Assembly: GCA_028534125.1 (NCBI GenBank)
Contig: CM052817.1
Location: 101,186,001-101,250,000 of the forward strand
DNA: 64,000 nt
Direction: 5' to 3'
Origin: Lama glama
Taxonomy: Eukaryota
Part shown: piece by piece, positions 12,461 to 25,530 of the stretch
Position numbering within the stretch: the first letter of the stretch is position 1
How the letters are laid out: each line of letters starts with the position of its first letter
Notes under the pieces: model-generated
Database searches by the model: none
What the model was told of the DNA's origin: nothing
Seen by the model: only the letters and a program-made list of their open reading frames with translations
Program-made: the position numbers and the translations under genes

Positions 12461-13208
12461 CAAAGGGCCTGCTTTTACTTTAGAAGATAAAGCATCTTGC
12501 TTTGGAATTTTCGAAGTGATTTGAAGAGACAAGAAGACACCTTATTTTAATAGCTTTTCTTTAAAAGGTGTGGCCCTACTTAATAGCCAAAATTTCATTT
12601 TAAAAATCTTATGACTAATTTTTTTTTTGCTGTGTAAATTATTTTTTACAGTATATGATTTAAAATCCCTTTCTTTTTAAAGATTAAAAATAGGATGAAT
12701 AGCAAGGGCATTTTTGTTTGTTTTCAGTAAAGATAGCTGGATATTTAAAGTCATTATAAGAATATAAGTTATTTTTTGTAAATCACAAATCAAATTACTG
12801 TCTTGTGTATCAATAAGTTATCACAAAGTGCTTAAGACAACTCTACACCCGTAAAGTGTCCTTTGCCAAAAATGAAGTGTACCTTTCACAATCTCTCCAT
12901 AATGAATATCAAGGAGTAAATACCCTGTATTTCTGGGTTTTTTTTCACTCAGCGGAGGAGGGGAAAATAGAGTGTGGGGATGGCCTTGCTCGTTCCTTAA
13001 CTTTACTTGTGAAAATATTCAGTTTGTGATTCGTCAGCAAATTTCCGGTCTACCACTCACTAACTTAAGACCTTGTTCAGGTTACTTAGCTTTTGTAAAC
13101 CCTCAGTTTCACCATATGAAAATGGGGATAATAGTGGTGATAATAGTGACAGAATTAAATTAAATAATCCATTATCTAATTAGTAAATGTGCAATAAATG
13201 TCAACTAT

Positions 13209-13272
13209 GCCACCACCACCACTACCATCACCCCATCACTACCACCACCTCCACCACTATCAGCAGCAGCAT
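13209..13272. repeat. Imperfect (CAC)n/(CAG)n microsatellite at the end of a MIR (~13010-13205)
   Basis: Direct inspection; MIR core CCTCAGTTTCACCATATGAAAATGGGGATAAT upstream. Confidence 0.8.
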
Positions 13273-14106
13273 CAAAATCACTCCTTCTGTCTTCCTTTGC
13301 TCCCCTCTTTTCTCACTTTTTTATTGTAAAATAAAATACATAAAACCCTCCCCAATAAATGCACAGCTTTTATGAGTCATCATAAGGTGAACACCCATGT
13401 GACCAAAAGTGCTGGCCTCCCAGACGCCTTTCCATTGTCCTGTTCCAACCTCAGTTTTCTCCATTCCTGGAAGAGTAACCACTATGCTGACTATTATCAT
13501 AATCACTTCCTTATTTCTTAATGGTTTTGTCAACCAGATACACATGCCTAGACACACTGTAGTTCAGTCTGTGCCCCTCCTTCCTTGTTTTTTACATTTT
13601 ATATCTTTTAAGTTTACTTTAATCTACAGGTTCCCCTCCATCCCTTTCTTTCCAATTGATCTGTTGATGGACGTGGGGTTTTCTGACCTACAGAGCTCCC
13701 CAGAGTTTGTATTTTGCTGACTGCGGATTCACGGTACGATTCGGCATGTACCCCCATCCTCTGCATTTCCGGCACACTGGTAGCTGGATCGCACTCACGT
13801 TCAGTTCCTTCGGCAGGCCTCTGGGTGGTGGTGTGTCCTTTCATCACGAGACACGTTATCACCAGTTGTCTTTTTTGTGAGGTTACCAGCTGGTGATACT
13901 CAACATCTACCTCCATTCATGCACTAGGGTCTGCAGAGTGGTGATAGTCTCATTTCATCATTTACGTTTCATTTATCATTTAGATACTTTTGTAAAGGGC
14001 TGCTTCCTTTCGTGTTATATTTGCTTTCTCAGTGGCACAGTTCGCAGAGGATAGGTTTAATTGTCTTTGCTTTAATTACCCTTTTTCCAGAAAATGAATT
14101 CGTTCC

Positions 14107-14625
14107 TGTGATGATACTAGAACATGGCTCCAAATTCTCTGGCATTTCTGCATTTAAGAGGTGGGGTCTGTGTCCCCTCCCATTGAATCTCAGAGGACAT
14201 GTGACCACTTCAAACAATAGAGGGCATAGAAGATGATAGTGTTTGACTTCCATGGCAGTGTCACAGAGGTTGGGCAGCTTCTGGCTTGTTTCCAAGAACA
14301 CACACTCTTGGAGACCTGAGCTGCCTTATAAGAAATGTAGCTACCCTGAGACCACCTTGTTCCAGGCTTTCTGGTCAATGGCCTCAGCTGAGCACAGGCT
14401 TGGATTCATTTCAGCCCAGGCCTAGCCCTGCAAGTGAAGTAGCCTCCAGGTAATCCCAGCCCCAGCCATCTGGTCTTCCCAGGTGAGGTCCAAGACTTCA
14501 TGGAGCCATTTCCCCCGGGTCTTGCTGAAGGGCTGAAATACAGAATCCATGTGCACAACAAAATTGGTGTGTTACTGCACTAAGTCTTGGAGGGAGTTCA
14601 TTATACACAGCAGTTAATTGGAACA
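14107..14625 (+). mobile_element. MLT1 (MaLR) solo LTR
   Basis: TGTGATG...GAGGTGGGGTCTGTGTCCCCTCCCATTGAATCT...CAGCAGTTAATTGGAACA. Confidence 0.75.
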
Positions 14626-15612
14626 GTTCCTTATCACCCTCTGAAGGTGACCAATGAGATATTTTGATGTCCATATGAACCCGTAGATTTGATTTCATGA
14701 TTTCATTGATTTCATCATGATTTCATTTGATGGCATTTGTTATGATTTTTGATTCTCAGATTGTCCCTTATTTGGTCGGTGGGCCTCTTCAGGTTGGTGT
14801 TTGAGTCCTTTTGATGTGACTCTGTGGTCTGTAAGAGTTTACCCATACTTGGTCTGACAGGATGACCCAGACTAACAATGTACCAGGACTCAGACACTTC
14901 TCTGAGAAGCCTTGGTTTCTTCTAGTGGGAAACCATATTTCAAGCCACAACCTGGGTACTGGAAATGTTCAGTGCAACTGGGTTGGGGGATTATTTCTAG
15001 GCCTCTTTTCGAAGGATAGACAAAGAGATATATAGTTTGATAGAAATAAAATATCTCATGAATTCATACTAGTATTTCAAATTCAGTTCAGGACTTGAGT
15101 TTTTTATATCATCTCTTACCTGTTAGAATTGCATTTCCTTCAACCCGACAACCCTGGTTTCAAGGGAATGAGAGAATTAGTATATCCCATAATATTTATT
15201 TGCTTCAGCTCACATTACCTATATGACAGTCTCAGAATAACATTACTACCCTCACTAATAAAATTATTGGGAATAGCCTAAAATTTCTGCATGGGCTCTA
15301 GTCACCTCTACTATTTTTTGTTACTTGTGTTGTGTCTTCACTGCCTGCACTTTCAGCCATGACTTACCATACGGTCTCCTCTTTAACCCTCACTTAGTTT
15401 TAGTTCTCAGTGTCTAATGTTCCCCACCAGTCCCTGTGGCAATACATCTCTAATCTTCCTGGCTTTCTGAAAGTCTTTCTCTAATTGATTGCTCAGGAAA
15501 GAGTCATGGAAACAATTTTCCCTGATATTGATAACAGTTTCTACCTTTTGCCTGAAAGTCAGTTTTGCTGGGTATAAAATCTTTGCATGCATTTTCTTTC
15601 CTTGAGTGTCTT

Positions 15613-15706
15613 TTGTTTGTTTGTCTGAAGTACAGTCAGTTACAATGTGCACAGCATAACGTCCCACTCATGCATATACATACATATATTTGTTCTCATA
15701 TTCTTT
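15613..15706 (-). mobile_element. Very short young L1 3' end
   Basis: 16-bp TSD TTTCCTTGAGTGTCTT / TTTCCTTGAGTATCTT. Confidence 0.85.
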
Positions 15707-17403
15707 TTTCCTTGAGTATCTTAAATATATTATTACATTCTCTTCTGATGAGAATATAATTTTCTTTCTCTTATAAGTATCTTACTAGTTTTTCATGGAC
15801 AAGAAAAGGACATTTTCCTTTTCTTTGTTTCATTTTTTAAGTCAAATAATTTTACTGGAATAGACCTTGGTGTTGGTTGTTCCATCAATATTGGAAATAC
15901 ATGTTATGCTATTTCCAAATACAGTTTCAAAACTTTTATACTTCAGGAAAATTTTATTGAATTACAGTTTTTGGTATTTGTTCTTTTCTCATGCTTTGCT
16001 ATTTTTCTTTAGAAATCCCTACTATCTTTATGTTGGATCTTCTTTGTTCCGAATATTTGTCACTTTCTCTTGAATCTTTGGTATCTGTTATTTCTAATTG
16101 ATTAAAAAATTTCTTCCTTTTCACTTTCTATTTACTCTTAAAGCATTCTCTATTGTTTTTATTCAATCTGCTGTTTCTTGTAGTTAATCCTCATTTCTGA
16201 AATGATTTTTTCTTTTATTTCTAATTCTTTCTAAATTCTATCACCTCATTTTTGAGTTTGTCTAATTCTGGTTTATATTGTTTGATAATTTTCTGGTCTT
16301 AAATAAGTGTTTATGAGATAAAATTCTCATACTGTACAATTCACTTATTAAAAGTGAACAGTTCATTGGCTTTTAGTATAGTCACATATGCAAGCATCAC
16401 CACAATTAGAACATTTCATCACTCCAAAAAGAAACTCTGTACCCATTATCAGTCACTCCCCATTTCCCCAACTTCTGAGGCAACCACTAAACTACTTTCA
16501 AAATAGATTTGCCTATTCTGGGCATTTCATATAAATGAAATTCAGTATGTGGTCTTTTGTGCCTGACTTTTTCACTTAGCATATGTTTATCCATGTGGTA
16601 GCATGTGTCAATACTTCATTCCTCTTTATGGCCAAATAATATTCCATTGTATAGAAATACTACAATTTGTTCATCCATTCATCAGTTGATGATTATTTAG
16701 GTTTTTTTCCATTTTGGGGCTGTTAACAATGCTGCTGTGAATATTTATGTATAAATTTTTGTGTGGACACATGTTTTCAATTCTCTTGGGTAAATACCTA
16801 GAAGTAGAAATGCTGGGTCATATGGTAACTCTATGTTTAAGTTTTTGAGGAACTGCCTGTTTTCCAAAGTGGCTGCACCACTTCATGATGCCACCAGCAG
16901 TGAATGAAGTTTCCAATTTCTCCAAATCCTTGCCAACACTTGTTATTATGTGTCTTTTTGTTTATAGCCATCCCACTGGGTATGAAGTGATTGAGGTTTT
17001 TTAAAAAAAAATGTTATTGCTGCATGGTTGATTTATATTTTCACTGAGGTTTTGATTTGCATTTCCCTGATGGCTACTGATGTTGAGCATATTTTCATGT
17101 GCTTATTGGCCATTTCTGTGTTTTCTATTCAGATTGTATCATTTTCTTAATGTCTTTTAGGTCATTTTGAAAGAGAAAATTACAACTCTGATCTTTTCTG
17201 TGAACTTTTCTTTTTTTCTGGTGTGCTTTCAATGTCTGTAGTATTGTTGTTCTGAATCTGTTCTTTTTTACCCCTTAAGGATTTTATTTGGAATTTGACT
17301 ATATTTTTTGTTGTTATGTTTAGGGAAAATTAGTTTTTCTTAACTGTTAGAGGAAAGCAGGGTAGGTTTTCTATCTTCACAAAGCTCTTTGTTGTTTTTT
17401 GAT

Positions 17404-17456
17404 TGTGTGTGTGTGTTGTGTTGTGTGTGTGCTGTGTGTGTTGTGTGTGTGTGTGT
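17404..17456. repeat. Interrupted (TG)n microsatellite
   Basis: Direct inspection. Confidence 0.9.
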
Positions 17457-17745
17457 AACTTGCTTTTTGAGATTTCCTGGCTCTGTTCATCTTTGTTACC
17501 GTTATTTGGACTTTCTCTTCCCTTGTCTTTATTGTCCATGTCCTGTTCGATTTTGATCACACGGTTTCTCCTCCATGTGGAGTTCTTTGTCTGAAGGGGC
17601 CCTGGCTGGACTGTTTAGGGGTTTCTGGGGAGTAGCCTGAGCTTACCATGGACCTCCTGTATCATCCACTGTCGGACTGGATGGGCCCCCCCGCCCAGTT
17701 TCATCTGCTCCTCTCAGACTGTTCCCTCATGCTTTCCAGTGAACC

Positions 17746-18224
17746 TGAGGTGGGAAGCCCCATGAAAAAGACAGCAAGACCCCCAGGCAGGGCCACTACC
17801 CTCCTGCCAGCACCATTCAGTTTCCTAGCCCAACAGCATTATTTTGCTTTTTAAACTCTGCAATGGCTTACTTCTAGAAAAGTGGGACTTACCCCTAAGA
17901 TTCTATTGGGTCCCTGAGCTAACTCCTGATTGGTCCATTTCTACAAAGTTTGTTCCTAATTAGTCACCTTTGTTATACCTTATTTACATATGATGTTGCA
18001 AAATGTTGCAAAGTCTAGACTGGTAGCCTATAAAAGCCTGTGTAAACCTACAGACAGGGTCCAGAGCTTGGAGTGTTAACTCCTCTGGGCCTGCTGGCAA
18101 AATAAATCTGAGTTCTCCAACTCTCCGAGTGCTGCTTGGTCTCTCGCCCGGATCCAGGTTGCTTTCACAACTGAGCTGTAACACCAAGCTGCAATTCTGA
18201 GCTGTAACACACTTTTCTGCAACA
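17746..18224 (+). mobile_element. ERV1-class solo LTR, well preserved
   Basis: TG...CA termini; exact 4-bp TSD AACC; reverse CCAAT boxes, TATAAAA (~18028), AATAAA (~18101). Confidence 0.9.
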
Positions 18225-18419
18225 AACCCTTAATGGCTACTTTGGGATTCTCCTGTTCAAAGGTCTTTCTGTGTCTTATCCACTTGTAGTTTGGGGTTTG
18301 TGGGGATGGTTTAACTTCCAGTTTCATTTCAAAGGTTGTTCATGGGCTTTGGTTTTGCTTTTTCATTGCCCTTTCTGTTTTTATGAGGAAATTTGGTGTG
18401 ATTAAAAATCTATGCTGTC

Positions 18420-18550
18420 GGGAGAGAGTATAGATCAGTGGTAGAGCACATGCTCAGCATGCACGTGGTCCTGGGTTCAATCCCCAGTACCTCCTCTAAG
18501 AATAAATGAATAAGTAAAACCTAATTACATCCCCCCACCAAAAAAAAAAA
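18420..18550 (+). mobile_element. tRNA-Ala-derived SINE, long-tail form
   Basis: TSD AAAAATC(C)TATGCTGTC. Confidence 0.93.
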
Positions 18551-19304
18551 AATCCTATGCTGTCACCATATCATCTTTCCAAAATCCCTCTCAGACTCCC
18601 ATTTCACTGACAATGACAAATGACATTTAATTTGCCTTTCACTTTGCTGTCTGCTTTGAACTTGAGTCATCTGTGCAGTGCAGACTCAGGTCCAGGTAGA
18701 TAATCACATTGGAGGTCATTAGTTTACTTCAGATGGTGTATCTTTGTCCTCACTAGGGCTGATTAGAGCCAATTGCTCTGGGCGTCCTGGGCTCTTTCAA
18801 ATCACACTGGGCAGTCTGCAGTCCTGAAAGCCAGCAAGTCCACCTAAGACGTCTAATCGAGAGCTGAGCCACACCAGATCAGGCTGTGGATCGTCTTTTC
18901 TGGTCCCTTTGCATGTCTTCCACGCACTTTGCAGACTCCATCTTACTGAGAACTTACTATGGGCAGACTTTTTGAAAATTTCAGAACCTCCCCTCTCAGC
19001 TTATCTACTAAATGTCTAGGATCTGTGGACTCTGGACAAACTCACAGTCCCCAGAACAAGAATAACCTCAGTCCAGACCAATCTACTCAGGTTACATTGT
19101 GCTTGGAATCACTCCCTCAACAGGCACATGTGCTCCACCGCTGAGCTCTACCCACCTCCCTGATGCACTTTCACACGAGTCGTGAACAAAGCTCTTGGCA
19201 CAGAGGGTGGGCACCATAAGGGTTTTCATTCTCTTTCCTTCCTCACATGCGCTGGTGTGGGATTTCAAAGTGTCACCACCATCATGATTTTCAAAATTCG
19301 AGGT

Positions 19305-19381
19305 GGGTGCTGAGTGTAACTCAGTGATAGAGTGCATGCTTAGCATGCGCAAGGTCCTGGGTTCAATCCCCAGCCCTTTCA

Positions 19382-19417
<36 letters not shown>
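19305..19417 (+). mobile_element. tRNA-Ala-derived SINE, short form with long pure A tail
   Basis: tRNA-like head followed directly by about 34 A. Confidence 0.9.
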
Positions 19418-19420
<3 letters not shown>

Positions 19421-19612
19421 TCATTTTCAAAAGAGAAAAGAAGTAGAAAAAAACTGACTAGGAAAATGATTGCGGCATAAATCCCAGACAGAATCCTTTT
19501 GAAGTAGAAACTAAAGGGAAATGCTAAGCAGGTGTTTCCAGACTCATAATGAAACTTTCAGCAAGCCGCCAGGCAGCAGCCTTGCTGATTGAGGGACACC
19601 CAGGAAACGGCC

Positions 19613-19630
19613 CACCTGCAGGGGGCAGCA
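19613..19630 (+). promoter_or_regulatory. CTCF-like motif
   Basis: CCTGCAGGGGGCAG matches the core CCASYAGRKGGCRS at 13/14 positions, in non-repeat sequence. Confidence 0.45.
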
Positions 19631-22409
19631 GCGGAGCATTCACAGGCCCTTCACAGTCGAAGGGGTGGGGATGGTGGGAATGACAGATGTAACTACCTCT
19701 GAAATCCACGGAGGACAAGGAATTCACCAAAGACAAGGCTGCTCCGGGCAGGGAGGAGCGTGGGATTTTAACAGGGGTGGAAGTAACGTTGTGTTTTAGA
19801 GAAAGTGAGACATTTACACTCGCTGCAGACAGAATAAAGGAGTCTGAGCTGTATAAGAAAGGGAGTGACATTCACTTAATCTTGGAAGATTGTCTGCCAG
19901 GGCACCAGAAGATACGTCTGCCTCTGGTCATTGTAGCGCCAGCAAACGTGCCGTAGGGTGCCCACTCCCGTTTCTAGCTGGGCTGAGACCCATAATCTGA
20001 CAGATGAGCAGCACCGAGAGCTGCAGGGTGACAAAGCAGGGGACTCCCTCCCTACCCAGCTGGACTACATCTGAAAACCGCAAATAAAAGTCTGGAAGCC
20101 TCCTGAGTCCAACACTCTCCAAACTGCTTCTCCTGGCTTCCGTCCCCAGCCCCTCCCTATACTCGGAAGACGAGGAATCGGGGATGACTCACAGAGTTTT
20201 CCGGGGACTGCCAGACAGAACGTGGTGTCAGCTTGGCATCAAACCTGCTGGATGACAGCTGAAGAATTGCCATGTGTCTGAAAAATAATTTTCCTCAATC
20301 AAATTCGATTTAATATGTCTTGGGGGAGCTGTATTTTTTTTTTTAATGGAGAAAGAAGGAAGGGAAAGTTTCAAAGGGGTCGTTTCCTCCCATCACTTCA
20401 TTGAATTTTTTTTTACTTTATTGAATTTTTAAAGAGGCGTTTCCCGTCGCCCCACCCCCACCCCATGAATTGAGTGGCAGAGCGTAGACGGACGCTTGGC
20501 AGATGTTCATCGTCAAAGATCCTTCAGTCTGAGTTATTGGGAAGAAGCACTTCAGGGGTAAGGATGGAAGAACGCTGCGGGGTGGGGAGGACGAGAGCAA
20601 GTCACATCGTTAGCAACAGCCAGAGCCTCCTGAGAGAGGAAGCTGCTCCCCAGGTGATTGAGTCCAGCCTGGGATTCCACTACCTGCAGCATCTGCTTTG
20701 GAACAGCCCACCATCCAGTTCCAGCCAAGAATCAGACTGCAGATACCACGCTATCAAGGAATCCCAGGAAACAAATGCTGGTGTTGGCTTCAAGAGAGAA
20801 AGCGCCAAGCAATCTCATTAGCATCACTGCCTTTCACATCACCCTCAGAACTGCTTTTTGGGTTTTATTTTATTTCCTGCCACGGTCACATACAGGGACT
20901 CCAGCCCCAGCCCATTGGGTTCTGGTTGGTTGGTGGCTGGTGGCTTATCTAAAATGACAGAAGGCGTCTATGACTCAGAGGGCTAAGTGCCTGTTATTCT
21001 TTTCAACAAAAGGCTTTGGTAGCAGAAATGTTAATTTCTCTCTCATTTTCTACAGAGCGCAGTACATACACTCCTCACCAAGTTCTAAAGATTACCACAT
21101 TGTGATCATTACCTAGACAATGAAACGTCAAATGCGCCACAAAGTATCTTAGGTGAACTGTGTGCATGTGTGTTACACTTAAAATCTGATCAATAAAGGT
21201 CCGAACGTACAAATGGAAAGAATTATGGTACAATCATCTTCAGCACGGAATCTTTCTCTTCTCCCTTAAAGAATTGATCAAAAACCCTTTTATAGGTTTT
21301 TACAAGGTTCCTTTGTACTTGTAGGATAAGAAAGAGCTCTGATACTAGGTAGGGCTGTGATCTCAGGCCACCTGAGCTCATCTGGCTTTGACATTTATAC
21401 CCGTTGGGATGTGAGGAGAGCTGAGTAATCAATTTGTGCCAAACGTGCGCCGAGCTTGCTGCACAGAACTGCTGGGCTGATTACATGAGATAAAGCCTGG
21501 GGGAAAGATAGCCCTGGGCCTGGTACAGAGAAACCCTCGATAAAGGTTAGCTGTTATTATCCTGTTTAACCATTGATTTTCTCCCCCCTCTTTGGGGAAA
21601 TATCTGTAACGCAGAATCATAGTTATAGCGCGTGAGTACTCTGGCCTCAAGTCAATTTCTGAATTTTACAAACGAGCAAATGCAGGATGAGGCGATAGGC
21701 ATGCAGATCTTTCTTATGGTTGGTGGACTAACGGGAAAAACTAGACGCTAGAAACACATAAACTGAAAGGCAGCCTCTGTTTTCCTGGGTGTTGTGTCCG
21801 ACCACATGCTGGTAGGACACAGGAGACTCTTTGTTTCCAGCTTCTGCAGGGAAAGTGATTTTGTGCACAGTGTGTGCCCCAGAGATGCCTATGCTGCCAG
21901 GATCTCAGCACATGCACTGTGCCTCATAGGCCAATCACTGCTAAGCCTTGATTTCTGCCATGTCTAAAACTGCAGACTTTACCGATCGCAGGCAGCAAGG
22001 CTTCACCAGGAGGAACAGAGCCAGCCACAGCCACAGCCACAGCTATGTCCTTCGTGCCCGCCTCTCAGGACTGGCCTGGCCTGCAGGAGTAGGAGGGGGG
22101 CTGAGGTGGGCAGGGAACCTCTGGAGGAGGGCACAGTTAAAAGCCCAGGCTCTGGGCTGTTAGGATGTGACCATAAAGTCACAGGGCCGAACGGAAGTCA
22201 GTGAACAGTTTTGATAAGCACTTTGGTAATCATGCTTTTGAAATTGTGATAAAATATACATAACATAAAACTGACCATTTTAGCCATGTTTAAGTGCACA
22301 GTTCCATGGCACTGAATGCATTCATGCTGTCGTGTTACCATCACCACCACCCATCTCCAGAAAGCCACATTTTTGTTGAGGTTGTTGAAGACAGGGAATG
22401 GAAGATGGG

Positions 22410-22506
22410 TTTTTTTAAGTAACTTTTTTTTAATGGAGGCACTGGGGATTGAACCCAGGACCTCGTGCATGCTAAGCAGGTGCTCTACCACTGAGTTATA
22501 CCCTGC
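22410..22506 (-). mobile_element. tRNA-Ala-derived SINE
   Basis: TGGAGGCACTGGGGATTGAACCCAGGACC...CTACCACTGAGTTATACCC. Confidence 0.9.
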
Positions 22507-22735
22507 CTTCTTTCTTTTTCCTATTAAAAAAAAATTATTGACTCAATGTATTGGGCCTATGCTACGCACTTTTTCAGCTACAATAATGAGAAAAGGCAAC
22601 ATTTTCATAGACAGAATGGGACCTCTACACGATGCGCAAAGAGCAGTGTACACAGTAGGTATGTAGTCTCACAGTAGGTGTGTATTTGCAGTTCTAGGAG
22701 ACCAGTAGAGAGAAAGTGAAGGACTCTGTGCTTCT

Positions 22736-23475
22736 CCATCATTAAAAAGTCTACAAACGATAAATGCTAGAAACGGTGTGGAGAAAAAGGAACCCTCCTA
22801 TACTGTTGGTGGGAACGTAAATTGGTGCAGCCACGACGGAGGACAGTATGGAGGTTCCTTAAAAAACTAAAAATAGACTTACCATATGATCCAGCAATCC
22901 CCGTCCTGGGCATCTATCCAGAGAAAACTCTAACTGGAAAAGACACATGCACCCCCATGTTCATAGCAGCACTATTTACAGTAACCAAGACATGGAAACA
23001 ACCTAAACGTCCATCAACAGAGGACTGGATAAAGAAGATGTGGTATATATATATACAATGGAATACTACTCAGCCATAAAAAGAATAAAATAATGCCATT
23101 TGCAGCAGCATGGATGGACCTGGAGATCATCGTTCTAAGTGAAGAAAGCCAGAAAGAGAAAGAAAAATACCATATGATATCGCTCATATGTGGAATCAGA
23201 AAAAAAGACACAAATGAACTTATCTACAAGACAGAAGCAGACTCACAGACATAGAGAACAATTTTATAGTTACCAGGGTGGGAAGGGGGTGAGAAGGAAT
23301 ACATTGGGAGTTTGAAAATTGCACCTCTTGGGGAGTGATGGAAATGTTAACTATCCTGATTGTAGTGGTGGTTTCATTGGTGTATGCATCTATCAAAATT
23401 CATCAAATTGTACACCTGAAATACGTGTAGTTTACAGTACAGGAGCCATACCACAATAAAAGTTTAAAAAAATAA
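22736..23475 (+). mobile_element. L1 3' fragment with alternative ('type B') 3' tail
   Basis: ORF 22822-23079 [24 protein letters not shown] is L1 ORF2p; AATAAA and A tail. Confidence 0.95.
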
Positions 23476-23789
23476 ATTATTAATGTATCATCCAAAATGT
23501 TCATTGTTCCTTGACTCAGGCAATAAATTAGTGCCAGACCAAAAATCCATCTCTCCTGATGAAAGAGGTTTTTTTTTTTTTTGTGGAATAAAATAATGCC
23601 ATTTGCAGCAACAAAATAACAACAGAAAAAGATCAGGTCAGTGGGAATTACTGAGTGTCAGGACACTGGGCAGCTATCAACTTGGTGTCTGCAGGTTAGA
23701 ATTCTGAAAGTCTGAAAAACAGTTGTGAAATTTTGTGAAAGCTCTATGAAAAACCTAGGCAAGGTATAACTTTTAGGCAACGTCTAAAT

Positions 23790-24380
23790 GAAACTCTAGT
23801 TTTAATCTGAGCATCTTTAAATAAAATGTTACTTTTTTTAATGGCAAAAGACAGAAAACTGCAATCAGGCTGCTGTATAAGATAAAGGGAGTTTATGGAC
23901 TCAGTGGTAACTGGAAACCTAGAGGGACTGATTTCAGGTGAGGTTTGGTCCCGCAGCTCAAAAGATGCCACCTAGGGCCAGGTTTCCTCCCTACTCTGTC
24001 TTCTATGATGTTGGCTTTATCCTCAAGATACATGAAGGAGCCCCAAAGGCAGCTCCAAGGCCTCCCTTAATGGAAGACTGGCTGCAGCAGCTCCAAAATT
24101 CATATCTAATCTCTTCTTGCAGAACTGCTACAAGAAAAAGAAGGTTTATTTTGCCCCAAAGCCCCAGCAAATCCTTCTCCTGGCTCACTGACTCTGACTG
24201 GGTTAGTGCCAGTCCAGGCGACTTAGGGGCACAGGTGGGTGTGCCAGGGTGTAAGCCTGTAGGACCTACTCCTGGAACTTGGGGTAGGTTCAATCCCACC
24301 CAGGCCAATTTTTCTCTAGATATTTGAGGATCTGTTGCCAGGACGGGCATAGTTGCTGGGTAGCAAATAACCAGTGTGAA
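23790..24380 (-). mobile_element. Old MLT1-type LTR remnant
   Basis: Degenerate MaLR motifs; boundaries approximate. Confidence 0.45.
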
Positions 24381-25425
24381 CAGTATCACAGTTTGAAGAG
24401 GGACCACAGAATTCCCACAATTGTGCTTACAGGTTTGTGCAGTAAAAACAAAGGCAAGGAAAATGCCTGTTTCTCCCTTGATTTTTGTCCCTGTTGACAG
24501 ATCACAGTAATCAGGAAGGAGTTTAGCACTTGGCAGTTTTGCACTTTGGTTCTGTCCTGGAAGGTGGAGGGACGGCAGGTGTGACGTTTATAAATAAGTA
24601 ACCAAAGGCCAAGGTCAAATGAATGGAGGGCCTAATTAGTTCCCTGAACAGAGAAATCTGTCTGTTGCCTTCCTGGCTCTGCTCCCCTCTGGGAGAGCTG
24701 TTGGCTCCAGCCCAGAGGGCTCTGCATTCTTTGGCTTCTGTTAATGTTAATGAGATCACCTGATCGCCAACAGCATTGCACTCTGACAAACACTGATAGT
24801 TTCTTCGCGTTTAGATGAATCATGTGTACCTTAAAAGGAGCACAGGATTTAAGCCTTGGAGTGAAATAGGGTGCTGAGTTTAGACTGCCGTGACCAAAGA
24901 AGGCTGGAAATGGATGGAAACCAGGGGGGTCAGCCAGGGCCACCGAAGATTAAGCCCTGGGCCGCTGTATTTCTCCTCTCCCAGCCCACATTGTGATGCT
25001 CTGCCCCCTGGGCTTCCGGCCCAGAAAACAAGAGCCGGAATCAGTGGTTTCTGTAACGTCATGGGGCTAAATGAAAGGCTTCTAACTCCAACCTTCAATT
25101 ATAGTTTAGAAAAGGTTTGAGTAATAGAGTTGAAGGTAATGAGAGATCAGCTGGGGGAAAGATGTATGATCAGATTTTCCAGTGTTCAAAATCGCTGGGG
25201 GGGGCATGTTGCAGGGGGGCTATTCATTTATTCAACAAATGTCTTTGTTATCCAACACATCTTTATCAAAGGCCCCATGGGCAGATCCTGGGGTACGGTG
25301 GTGAACCCAGCCAGGACCCTGACCACATGCAGTTTATGATCTAGCCCGGAGCCAATAAACAATAACCAAGTGACCATGCAGTTCCACTGAAAGTAAGGGC
25401 TAGGGATTAAATATGCAGGCACAAG

Positions 25426-25530
25426 AGGAGAGAACATAGCTCAGTCATAGACTACATGCTTAGCATGCACGGAGGTCCTGGGTTCAATCTCCAGTACCTC
25501 TGCTGAAAAAGAAAAAAAGAAAAGAAAAAG
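25426..25530 (+). mobile_element. Degenerate tRNA-Ala-derived SINE
   Basis: CATAGCTCAGT...ATGCTTAGCATGCAC...GGTCCTGGGTTCAATCTCCAGTACCTC plus A-rich tail. Confidence 0.88.

Larger units (their letters stand above)
13315..17600 (-). mobile_element. Fragmented ancient L1M (L1MC-like) with nested younger insertions
   Basis: T-rich antisense L1; ORF 15407-15667 includes KILYPAKLTF (ORF1p C-terminal motif); an L1MB-like 3' end is nested at ~16300-17130. Confidence 0.7.

Noticed and set aside
13187..13375. Poly-His/Thr ORF
   Set aside because: Translation of a (CAC)n microsatellite at a MIR end.
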